DNA from: Paraphysomonas bandaiensis
Taxonomy: Eukaryota; Protista; Chrysophyceae
NCBI GenBank assembly: GCA_965644295.1
Contig: CBFFRP010000070.1
Span: 6,570-70,569 of the forward strand
Direction: 5' to 3'
DNA length: 64,000 nucleotides
Below, in pieces: positions 20,666 to 32,418 of this stretch. The position numbers and the translations under genes are program-made. The notes below the pieces were generated by a model. It saw only the letters and a program-made list of their open reading frames with translations, made no database searches and had not been told where the DNA came from. Position 1 is the stretch's first letter. The number at the start of each line of letters is the position of its first letter.

Positions 20666-22010
20666 GTCTTATTATTAGCAATAGGTGTAAAAACTCAGCA
20701 CCAGCTCGGCGACGTACAACCAAACCGGGCGTTCATATTATCGTAGAATACATGCGTATTTTGTATGTGATAGTATTAGTAAGGTATATATTATATATGA
20801 TAATAATATAAACCTTTATGGAAAATTTGGCTATTCGTGGCTATGTAGCTGTTTCTAGTGTCAGAAATTTTCTAAAACTACGTTACGTATGAGACAATAG
20901 GTAATAGTAGGCATAGCGGATATGGATATACGTTTTATAGACCCTCAACAAAGTTCTGGAGGATAAGTTCCGGGAAACTAACGTGAGCCGCATATATATA
21001 GTCTGATAACGTTCTGTCCACTCATAGCCTAATAATGCTTGTGTGGTACAAGAGGGACACCAATAAAAGTGTAAGTGTCGCTTGTGTAGACGACTTTGGG
21101 CCTCTTGACGAATAAACAGGTATCCGGGAATGGGCTCACCTCAAGATGCAGACGCATATATAGCTATCTTCACCACTACTTACAGTCGTAGTATTAGTAT
21201 CTATGCTCGGAGACGACGCGGCAACGGGCACATTACTAGTAGGTGGAGGATCATATAAGCAGGTGGACGATCATCATTTTTTCTCATCAAAAGATCACGA
21301 AGTTCTGCTAGTCCGGACATCATTTCCTGACGAAGTTCAGCAGCAGTGGGAGGTATCAGATCTGCTTTCTGCTGGGATTTGACGACCTCGCCATCACCTT
21401 TATGAACAGTACTACTTATTCTGCTCGTGCGCTTTCGTGGTACCTCTTCCTCCGAGTCGTCGTTGGATATATGTCGCCACGAATGTCGACGACATTCTTC
21501 TTCCTTTTGCACTTTCCTACACCATTACACACAGCAGTTAGTACACAGTGTATAGTAACAACGCACAACAATAATCAGAACAATACCGCATATATATACG
21601 AACTACGATCCCGTCATCATCTTTATGAACAGTATTACTTACCCTGCTCGTGCACTTTCATGGTATCTCTTCCTCCGGGTCGTTGGGTATGTCATCTGAG
21701 AGTGGGGTATCGTACAAAGAATAGCTTTATAATATTATGCTTGACGGAATAGCTTGAACTGTATAATATGTGTGTGTAGTCGGTGACTTTTATTGCTGTA
21801 AAACTGAAGTAAAATATATGCAAGAAAGTAGTAAAAAATATTATAAACAATATTCCTCACATATCTTCATAGCTAGTTATTGTGCATATTTATACCCTTT
21901 TCCGACCATCAGCAAATATTTCACCAGGTTTTGGTACTACCTCGACTTAAGGGCATCTGGGGCATTGGGCTGCCTCTACTGAAGTCAAGCATCCCGGCGG
22001 TTCACATTCA
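20666..22010 (+). repeat. Repeat family X copy, split by an ~800-bp insert (~21145-21940) that has an internal ~80-bp direct duplication
   Basis: Family blocks at 20960-21145 resume at 21945-22010; duplication ~21394-21474 / ~21616-21693. Confidence 0.55.
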
Positions 22011-22821
22011 CTACTGATTATAGATATATACTATACTTTAAGTGTGCTACAGCTTTTAGGTCTCCAGTGTTATTACCCCGTTATTGAGTTACTTATATTG
22101 CCCTAATTTGGCTGTGCACATAGAATAAGAAGATAAGGATATTTGTGTTTAAGTCGCGTCAAATAAAAATCTCAGTGATTTTAACTGTACAGAGAACAAG
22201 GACGCAGACGATTGTGTTGTTCTTAGCTTCTTGATAAAATAGTAAGAAAGAAAAGGAGTACTCTATTCTTTGCGTCATTGTGTAGTGTACAATCGTATAT
22301 CGTATCTATGCTTGTCTTCCACTTCAACATTTTCAATATAGAAGAAACATAACGTGCTTTGCATTTTCTTTGTCCTATATTCACGGTTAGTGTGTGGCTA
22401 TTTCTTTGTTGATGATTGTTATGAACAAAAGCTGTTCTCAAATAAATTAAATTATGGTTAATTTCCGCTAACAAGAGAAGCAGAGCCTTTACTAGAATTA
22501 TACTATTTCAAATGACAATATTTTAATATTGTAAGTTCTATCACAACCTTGAGAGCTACTACTTCGTTAAGTACTAGTTCATTGATAGCTATATAAAATT
22601 TAAAACTAAATATTCAAGAGGAAATACGAGGTTAAATACAATATATCCACATCGATACGCGTTCGAGACGTAATCAGGCAGAAGTCTTAAATTCACTTGT
22701 TGAGCTAAAGCTGACTTCTTCACAGGGCTCCAATACGGAATACGTATGGTTACGTCCGGCTGGACTTTCCATATTATCACTCCCTTGAACGGTATCGTCA
22801 CTCTCTGCAAGTGCAAACATA

Positions 22822-25205
22822 TCAAATGTTGGATACCAAGAACCATTTTTCTTTACCTTCAGATGTCTCAGTAGTTTGTGTGAGGGCAAGAAGGAAATCT
22901 ACACATAGAGGTAAGGAAAAATCGAGAAATACAGAGAGCTGCTTTCACCTTCATATGACACCACACCACTATCATTTTTATCGAAGACAGATATTGCTTT
23001 CTCTATTTGCCGAGCAGTATAGGGATCTAGCTCTAGAATGCAAGTGCGTTATTGATGTGACGCTAACAAAAATTGTATACAAAACTGGATGTAGATATAG
23101 AGTCGCAGCATACCTGCAAATTTCTCTTTACTATTCCTTTTTTTCTTCTGCGGAATTACACTCCACGTTTTCGAAGATATGGGAAGGAACGGTATTCGGC
23201 GGCGCACTTTTATATCATTATTAGAGTGTTGGCTGTCTCCACTCAGACTGAACGAACACGCAGCTACCGCAGCTCTGCTGATGGAAAACCGTCTTTTAGG
23301 CAGCGTGTCAACTTTGCCACTCTGCTTGCTACAAAACCATAAGAGGTGTTAGCAGAATACATAGAATGGTAGTGCTACTGCAATGGTATAGTTCTAAGTG
23401 CAACGTAGTCAAAGAAATTTCGCACCTCGCTTCTTTATTGTGTGCTGTTCTTGGGGGACTTTCATCAGAGGATACCCATGGGCGTTCTGCGTGACGCTTG
23501 GTGGCAGACGTTACACTTAACACTCGCTGCATATCAGCAAACGAAATATAACCTGGCTCGAGAACAAAACGTATTAGGGTCACAAAAAAAACAAATATCA
23601 CTTACCTTTTTCGTCCTTGTCAAGCATATAGAATGCCGTATTAAGAGACTCAATGTCGAAGTCCTTAGGATTGAGAGTAGCAGCCAGAAACTCAGTAAAG
23701 GAGATCTGGTTGTCCCCATTTACATCAACAGCTTCAAATATTTTATCTATATCATCAGGCTGCAGTGACTGAGTGTTGTCGGGGTCTAGAATATTACAGG
23801 ATTTCATGGCCGCTCGAAATTCATCTCGCGATAAAACTCCGTCTTTGTCTAAGTCAAACGACTGAAAGAAAGCTCTTCTATCAGCAGTCTTCGCATGAGG
23901 CATGTTGTAGGCCACGGCCATCATGCTCGTTTGCTGTAGCACGTTGGATTCAGTTTGTCGCTTCAGACTATTAAATGTAGCCGCGGCCATGTGTATGTCG
24001 CTAACACTAACATCTGATGTTACGGAACTCACTGAGAGTCTGCGTGCTGGACTTGACATTGGTTCTTCGCTGCTGTATTCAGGTACATCTGGAAGGTCAA
24101 GCCAAGGATGCTTCAACGCCTCTGCTGCTGAGCATCGCAGACGGTAGTCATGGACAAGCAAATGTCGTGTGAATGACATGGCCTCCTTAGAGAGAATAGA
24201 CCAGTCAGATTTCCTGTAACAGCACCGTCCCATAAGTATACTAGCTGCTACTGAACCCTTGTTTTTACCCTTCAGAGTAAGGGCTTCAAAGGGCTTCTTA
24301 CCACTTAATAAAGTAAAAGTAACAACTCCAACAGACCATACGTCGCATCTTTCATCGTACTCCTCCCTGATTACTTCAGGAGCTGATGTATATAGCGTTC
24401 CACATCGGGTCTTTAAAGGTGTGGCACCAATATAACGGGTCCCTAATCCGAAGTCGATAAGCTTTATCTGTGCGTCCCAACCAGTGTGCTCAAACATAAT
24501 GTTGGCAAGCTTGATATCTCTATGGCATATTCCTCGCCCATGCATATGATTTACAGCAGACAGGAGTTGGCGTATAACGCGCTTTCCTGCAGCTTCACCA
24601 ACACCAATAGGAGCTGTGGACTGTACTCTATTTAACCAAGTCACTAGAGTGCCACCAGTACAGAGTTCCATTACAAATCCAACCTGAGCATGAAGACATT
24701 CAGTGCTACACCAATCGAGTATGATATCCAGAAAAAATTTCTCACCTCATTCTTAGAGTCGTATACAGCATATAATCTGATTATGTTAGGGTGGTCAATA
24801 TCTTTCAATAACTTATACTCCCTCTCCAGTCTGTGTCTTCTATCTCCCTGAGTGCGGCACAATTTGATGGCATACTGAGCCCTTGTTGCCTTGTGAGAGC
24901 CAACCATAACCACACCGAATGAACCCTTGCCTACATCACCAATGAACACAGATCAACAGAACAGAGTTGAGCATACCAAGAGAGAATCTGTCAGCGATGA
25001 GGTAGGTCTCGTCTATTGGGGTGTTGTAAGTCATCACAAAGTTACCAGTTAACGTGTCTCTGTGATCCTTCTTCCACTGCACGCGATTCTCAATCATCTT
25101 TCTTGTCTCTATAGTCTTCTTCACTTTCTTGTATACGCCGCATACGATTAACACTCCGCAGAGAGTTCCACACACAGAGATCAGGATTATAACAGCTTCA
25201 TTCAT
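22822..25205 (-). CDS. Calcium-dependent protein kinase (CDPK) with N-terminal hydrophobic anchor; multi-exon, 3' exon structure approximate
   Basis: GKGSFG, YAIK, HRDIKLAN, DFG, APE, DVWSVG. EF hands DLDKDGVLSRDE, DVNGDNQISFTE, DKDEKGYISFAD, DKNDSGVVSYED. Confidence 0.88.
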
Positions 25206-25875
25206 GTGACTATGCGGCCTGAGAGAGAATGAAGCTGTTAGAATGCCTATTCACTCCACTCACAGACGTATTCCTTTCTTGTTGAAGGAATAGTGATTGA
25301 TATATGCGAGTTGTTGTTGTTGTTGTGTTGATGATGCGGATCAGACTGAGACTTCCATACATATGATTCTGATTCGGGGGATGTATGTGTGTACGTATCT
25401 GTGCCCCTCTACACAGAGAATGCCTCTGATTTCATTGGAGCTCCTCTCACCAAAATTTGGTGGTCACTTATTGCTATGAATTCCATCATTTGGAAGGTGT
25501 CAGCTGATTGGTGGATAACATAATTGCATAGATCTGATTGGTGAGAAGTGGACTTCCCTCTCATAGCAATGGTCTACACTGACTCCAGTTGTCCAGTATT
25601 CTATGTATTCAGCTGTAGTTTACGTACTTTTCTTCTATAAGTACCGTATACTGGTATACATACTGTATTCTGCGGATAATTCCAACGGGTTTCTTCGGAT
25701 TATCATAACGGTTTCTAGTGCAGTGAGGAACATACACACACACATACACACATACACACACACACACATACACACATACATCAACAGCCAGCTTGTGACT
25801 TGGGTCACACAGCAAATTCTCAATCTTAATACTGTCAGACTCACTTGAGAGTAACATAAGCAGTTGTATCTGAGC

Positions 25876-26625
25876 ATGTCTCATCATCGCAAACGATCTC
25901 ACAGAAGCCGTGTGTCAAGACATCAGAATAGTTCCGATTCGCCTGTACAGAACATACAGAACAATGGCCGACAGCACAGTCACTCTCGTGCCCCACAGCA
26001 ATTAGCAACTGTACAGCCTAAATCAGAACTAGAGTTCAATAGAAGTAGACGGAAGTTATGTCCGGGTGGCCGTGATCCGGTTCCTAAACTCTCTCTTGAT
26101 GGTATTCAGAAGAATGAGTCATACAGTTCCCCCCCGTTACTAAAACGAGATAGAGATTGTTCAGGCAGGGACCAGTTCCTTCATGGGGGTGACAGTAAAA
26201 CAAATTCAAGATTGCCTGGAATTGCGACACAAGATTATAACAAGAGTTCACTGTCTGATAAGGGTCGTCAGAGGCTAGGCCGAGGCCAGCTAAGCAACCT
26301 CGACACAAAGCAGGAAGTTGTAGACTTGTCCCGAGATCTCCCTCCGAAACGTATCAACCAGTTACAGCCTCTGTCATCAAAAGTTTCAATGGGGGCAGTT
26401 GGACCAGATTATGCCAGTGCGGCCCTGGAAGCTATGAGTCGTGTCGAACGTATGCAGAGTAAAGCTCAACGACTTCCATCTCTCTCTATGTCTAGTGGTG
26501 GAGCTGATGCTAGCAGTAGTATATCGAAGGGGGTTCATAAGACAGGCATTAGCGATTTTAACAGTGGAAGGATATCGTCGATGAATCGCAGATTAGCCCC
26601 TGTGTCTTCCACACGACCATGGTAG
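25876..26625 (+). CDS. Hypothetical Ser/Arg-rich disordered protein (~249 aa)
   Basis: Long ATG-initiated ORF divergent from the CDPK; no recognisable domain. Confidence 0.55.
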   Translation: MSHHRKRSHRSRVSRHQNSSDSPVQNIQNNGRQHSHSRAPQQLATVQPKSELEFNRSRRKLCPGGRDPVPKLSLDGIQKNESYSSPPLLKRDRDCSGRDQFLHGGDSKTNSRLPGIATQDYNKSSLSDKGRQRLGRGQLSNLDTKQEVVDLSRDLPPKRINQLQPLSSKVSMGAVGPDYASAALEAMSRVERMQSKAQRLPSLSMSSGGADASSSISKGVHKTGISDFNSGRISSMNRRLAPVSSTRPW

Positions 26626-28747
26626 TATGGGGTACCTAGTTCACGGTACCACCCCAGCCGCGGCTGCCATCAGCATGACAGTGCATGAAGCCCTCTATAT
26701 ATTATTACTGTAAACTGTTATATATTACTAGCGCATTTGTATAATATTTATGTTGGTTGCTTATTATATATGTAGTGCGAAAATGAATCTTTTCTGGTGC
26801 AGACTGTCAGGACGGCTATCGTTCCTTTTGTTTCACTGATATTTTATAATAAACAGCTCTGTTTCCACATACTGTGTACACTGTACAGCCTGTGTGTGAG
26901 TTTGGATGAGTAAACGCCGTCATGACTGATATGGTCACACCATTCTAATATGAGAGTGGTTTGATTTCTGGTGACTTGAGATCTGAGGGATGGACGCTCA
27001 GAATCACATCACGACCTTTTGAATACGAAAACAGCTTCTAACACGAAAAGTTGTTTTAGGTTTTAGCTTGAACTTGTATATATAAGGTCTAATTACCTCA
27101 GCTATATACTTATCTTGAAAATATAAAGTCGGAGTACACTAAGTTGAGTTGTTTCATTATAGCCACAGTTTTAGCTTTTAGCATATTCTTCGTTTAATAT
27201 ATAGCCTCTCAGCAACATTGTTTATCGTTCATTGAAAATTAGTTAGTTGTATTTAACTACTCAACATCTTAGACAGACACGAATACTGTAGTAACTCTAT
27301 TTTCTATTTCATTTTATCTCGCATATTATGTAGTTATGTAGCATGTAGCCTTTCATTAAGGCTATAATTACAGTACTTCAAGACAGTTTCTATTTACTAT
27401 TTACTACTGGTCATTACCAAGTATTTCAAAATAATTCAACACGTTTTCTAAATTATTCTCCCAATTCCCACTAGCATCAACTCAGGGGTACGCAATTGTC
27501 TAAAACCTAATAAATGGAAAAAATCTGGGGGAAGTACGACTCCAAAGCTTTAGTTTTCCTCAACATAATATCTCGAATCAGTTAATGTGCTTGATAGAGC
27601 ATTAGTAAATTATAACATTTAATTTATTCAACATGCTTCTTTGAATTATACAAAGTTAAGTAGTACGACCTTTCGTATGAAGATGTCCAAACTATAGCCC
27701 GAAAAAATGGATTACCTAGTAAATTGTACCCTCTTCTAATCAGCTTTAGTTTTTTAGTTGCTTTCTCCTAGGGACTCTTTATACTGGCTTAATATCTATT
27801 ATGCATCGAGTTGGTTGTTATTCTGTTGTCTAGCAAGTCGTACACAGAGAAATTACAAGCATGCATTGGTTTATTACACATGGTGGTATAGAGCTCAATG
27901 ATTTAATGAATAAATCTTTCGCTTTGTACCAACCAAGGCAAGTTGCAAATTTTATGAAGAGATAATTCAGTTTAAGACAGTGTCCTTTTGGCTACTGGAA
28001 ATTGTCAGTTTCTGCTGATAAACCTCCTTCTTATAGACGCCCAGTGGAATGCGGAGGCTTTCGCAACACGTAATTACACACTTATACTTAATTTCCCATA
28101 ACCTGACTATGACCACTTGCAACAGCCGATCCCCCTCTCTCTGTTATCTCATCCTCGTCGTGTAGGCACTAGCCTTCCTGTCCCTTCACATGCACAGATG
28201 AGCACTCCTCTTATACGCATATACGATTCTCCTCATCTCAATCCACATCCGAATAGCCACATATACCATATCGCAATGAACTTGTATAGTGTGAAGACGG
28301 GCATATCCAGAAGGAAGATACCTGGCTGGACAACTCTGGCCATGAACACGTTTGCATGCATGTATACATATATATACCGCAACGTGCATACGGTTCGTAA
28401 CAGTGTACAAAAAAGATACGAACCAAAAAAACATGTACTGAAAAGAGATCATGTCTGTTGAAGATATGCCCCCTTGAAATATTCTGATTTCAAGTTGTGA
28501 ATGTTGACTCCCGCCTACAGCAGTATGTGTGTGTATGTGCCGTATATCTAGAGCACAGCCCAGTCCCTCGGCCTCCATCGTCATATGGATCCAACTAACA
28601 GGCGATAACACCCCCATACCAGTCGAGGTGAAGAGTAACCATATCACCGTCCTATTGAACTCCCCTCTCTTCCAGTCACTGCAACCACTGCACTGTCAGT
28701 AGTGGTGTCTATTATTAACACATACATACATATCTCCGTAAGACACT

Positions 28748-31705
28748 ATGAGGCCCTCCATCACATGCGTATTAGTTAGTTTAGCGATAGGATTCGTAGC
28801 ATCAGAGGTGACGATCGCCCCTCAGGTTCAGACTATATACGACAGAGCCCCTAAACTCCGTATAAAGGGAGTGGGGTTTGATGCGGATGAACACGACATA
28901 TCTATAGAGATATCTGCTACAGGAGAGGACCCTCTAAGGATGGACAAGGACTTTATATTATCCAAATCAGATGATGGGATCATATTGAAACTATTGACAT
29001 CTAGAAAGTAAGTGAAGAGAGCGTATGACTCATATGTTGTGATTGTTTGTTATCAGATGGGTGGATCTCGCCACTCGAAACCCCCCAGTGGGATTAATCC
29101 TCTCTTCAGTCAAATTCAAGAGTAGCGGAGATCGTAATCTTCTCCCTAGTCCTATGATTGTAGCCAATGTGCTTGCTACTCCCTCGATAAAGGAGAACAC
29201 AGAAGTTATATATAAAACCGCCACTAATGAGCTGGAGATTGAAGGCTCTGGCTTTACAGGTGCAAAGAAGATCGATCTCTACTTTGATCCCCCACTTTTC
29301 AAGGAAATTGCCTATGAAGTAGTTTCGCCATTTCCTCTATCAGGCAACTCTGTTACTCTTAGACTGAGACATAATTACGAATGGGCTGAGAACCCTGGTA
29401 AACTCAGCGTGATCGGAGTTGACACAGGTGGGGGACCTGTGAAACTTAACGGTGAAGTAGGCGTGGTAGTAGCAACTGTGGAAGATAACCTTGACGCTCA
29501 CTTTGTAAAAGTTGAAGATACCGAGAGTGAACAAGTTATATATCATGACGACCCGTCAGTTAAAATCAAGGGCTCTGGTTTCAACCCCGACGAGACCACT
29601 CTTCGTTTCAATAATGGTCTTCTTGGGAAAGGTGTTAACTACACCATCACCAGCCTCTCTGAGAATTCGATGACCCTTAGATTGACTCCTGGATCATTAT
29701 GGCGTAAGAATGTGGAGAACTTACCTGGATATCTAACCTTACTAGCGGTTAATGCTGGCGAGGGTTTCGTGGCTGTGGGCCCAACAAACGCAGGCAAGGG
29801 TCGCGACGTCGCGAGGGTCTTCGAGCGCCCGAATGTCTTTTCTTCATTCACCAAAATTTACCGCACGCATTCCCATGAGTTGCATATTCGTGGCGTGGGG
29901 TTCCCAATCGTCATGTCTACACCACAGCTGAAGTTCAACCCTCCTTTAACTGAAGGACGCGATTACACCATCCGCGTTGTAGACCGGACTAACATAGAGG
30001 TGAACCTTAAGGATGGGAGAGAATGGGCGTCGGGCCCTTGTGAGCTTCTGGTGACGGACATAAACACGAGAGGTGATGAAGCAGGGTGGGTGAAACTCCC
30101 TGGAGAGGGTGTGCACGTCGCACAGGTGGTGGATGATGTAGACAGTGAGTACACCGGTGGTGTGGAAGTTTACCCTATGACACAAAGAGTCTATCAATCG
30201 GTTTTGCACAGCAAAATTGATGTAACTGGTACAGGATTCACCAATGGTATTTCCTTTATGTTTTCTCCTTCTTTGGCAGAGGGTGTAGACTATACCACTA
30301 CATATGTAAGCAGAAACAAAGTTCAACTGAACCTCAAGTCGGGTAAAAAATGGGCCCAGGAGCCGAATATGCTTGTAGTTAAGGCAGTTAAAGTGGACGG
30401 AAAGGACTATCCTCTTGCTAATGGTGATGGTATCCGTATTGCCACCATTTTGGAGGATCCTGTTGTAGAGAGTGGTGATGACAATATCCATGAGACTCAA
30501 AGCAAAGTGGTGGTCATAAGTGGACGAGGATTCACCAATGTAGCTGATGTGAAGGTTGTACTACGTCCTACCGTCCCCGGTGCATACAAAGTACTCTCTG
30601 TATCAGACGATACCATCCGTCTCCAGCTGAAACCAGACTATGACTGGCTTCCTTCTTTCCTGACACTTGCAGACTCGGATAAGAAATATCCTCTGCAGGT
30701 GTCTTCTGTCGACACTGGAGCTGGGGATATTGTCTTTGACTCCCCGATTACTATAGGCAATATTGTGAAAGACAGAGAGGGTGTTGTGTGTGACGATTCT
30801 TGTGAGTTTGCTTTTGACGGTGTATGTGATGATGGCACGGAGGATGAGATGTACTATAACTACTATGATGGATTCGGCTACTACATGGACGATGATTTCG
30901 GTGGCTACTATGGATACGGACAGTACGCTGATGGTGAGGCATATGACGATGAGGTGGTATATTGGTACGACGATTACTATATGGAAGACGATCAAATGAT
31001 GGTCTCCGCATGCCTTAAGGGCACTGATTGTACGGATTGTGGAGGTGTTGATGCTATTGTGGATTACTCGAACATCGACTCTTCGGACACCAACGCAGTG
31101 GTGTGCACCAACACTTGCCCCTATGCGAGAGACGGACAATGCGATGATCCCAGGGGAGCCAACTATTGTATTCTAGGGACTGATTGCCAGGTTAGAATAT
31201 ACATTTCTTATATATTGTCATTGCTGTAGAAAAGTGTGAATCGAGTGTTTTCTGGTTCTGATTCCTAAATATTCAGGACTGTGGACGTGTCGGAGCGGAC
31301 AATTTCACCATTGTTGATGATGATGGCTGGTGGGAAGATGATGATGACTACTGGACTTTCAATGACGGGGTGTTTCTAGGTACTTAATGAGCCATGTATC
31401 TCTCTGTTGTGTTTACTGTTGTAACAGACCAGGCAAAGGGTCTTGAGGCCAACCGCCCTCGTGTGAAAGTAGTTCACACCGAGTCCGCTGGAGCTGCGGC
31501 GGTATTTTTGACCATGCTTGAGGGCATGGTGTATACTATCGGTGCAATATTCGCTGCCGCTGCTCTGTATGTGCTCAGTCGATGGTACAAAGGCCAGAGC
31601 ATCCCGTTCATGCAGGTCTTCAATCCTGAGTCATCCGCTGTTGCAGACTTGGAGATGCAGCCCGCTCGCCGCATGCCAATTACTCCCGACGTCATTCGCA
31701 CTTAA
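28748..31705 (+). CDS. Type I membrane protein: signal peptide, ~6 Ig/IPT-like repeats, two Cys-rich (CxxxC..DGxCDD) modules with a Tyr/Asp-rich insert, TM helix; exons ~28748-29007, 29057-31190, 31278-31379, 31428-31705
   Basis: Repeated (I/V)xGxGF...L.L...W motif. CDDSCEFAFDGVCDDG and CTNTCPYARDGQCDD. TM MVYTIGAIFAAAALYVL. Canonical introns. Confidence 0.82.
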
Positions 31706-32143
31706 CTCATGAATAACATAAAGTAAGTGTAGCATACGAGTAAATGATAAGCTAGAAAGCACGTCTTCATAAGTATGTAAAGAACATCTGTAGTACAGCG
31801 AGTTTCATTTGCTTGATTCTTGAGAAACTTAATTTTAAATTGTCAATTTCACAAAATCATAGTGCAGAAATGTTTTTATCCCCATTTTGTCTCAAAAAAA
31901 GCTTTTTTTGACCTGATTTGGGCTCAACAGGGCGTTCATATCAGCACCAGGCAAATATAGATGTACAACCTGTGCCTGAATAAACTTGATATGACTCGAA
32001 TGAAGTAATTACTGTAAATATAATTTATTTCTACTACATATAGCCACATCCACGGCAGTTCTACGATCCAAATGCGCGACACCTGATTGCAAGCTACTCG
32101 TCCTCAACACACAAATACTCCCGACCCTACTATTATACAAGGC

Positions 32144-32408
32144 TATTAGGATTCAGCTTAATACATGATTGTATCTGTGAGTTATAATGTTCAATGAAAT
32201 ATACCATGAACTGAATTAGAGAGAGTATCTGTCTAAGATACGTGATCGTCATCATAACGTCGTCATTATCAGTTACACTTCTAACTATTCCGTTGTTGTG
32301 CATGATAGTACGTTCTATATTGTTATTCATAATCTTTACTCTATCGTGTTCATTTCTTACACTCTAATAATCACAACATTGTTTTACTAATAAGCTTAAA
32401 TCTTATTT
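32144..32408 (+). repeat. Copia-A 5' LTR (265 bp)
   Basis: Differs from the 3' LTR by a 3-bp indel and one substitution seen. Confidence 0.92.
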
Positions 32409-32418
32409 TGGTAGCGAG

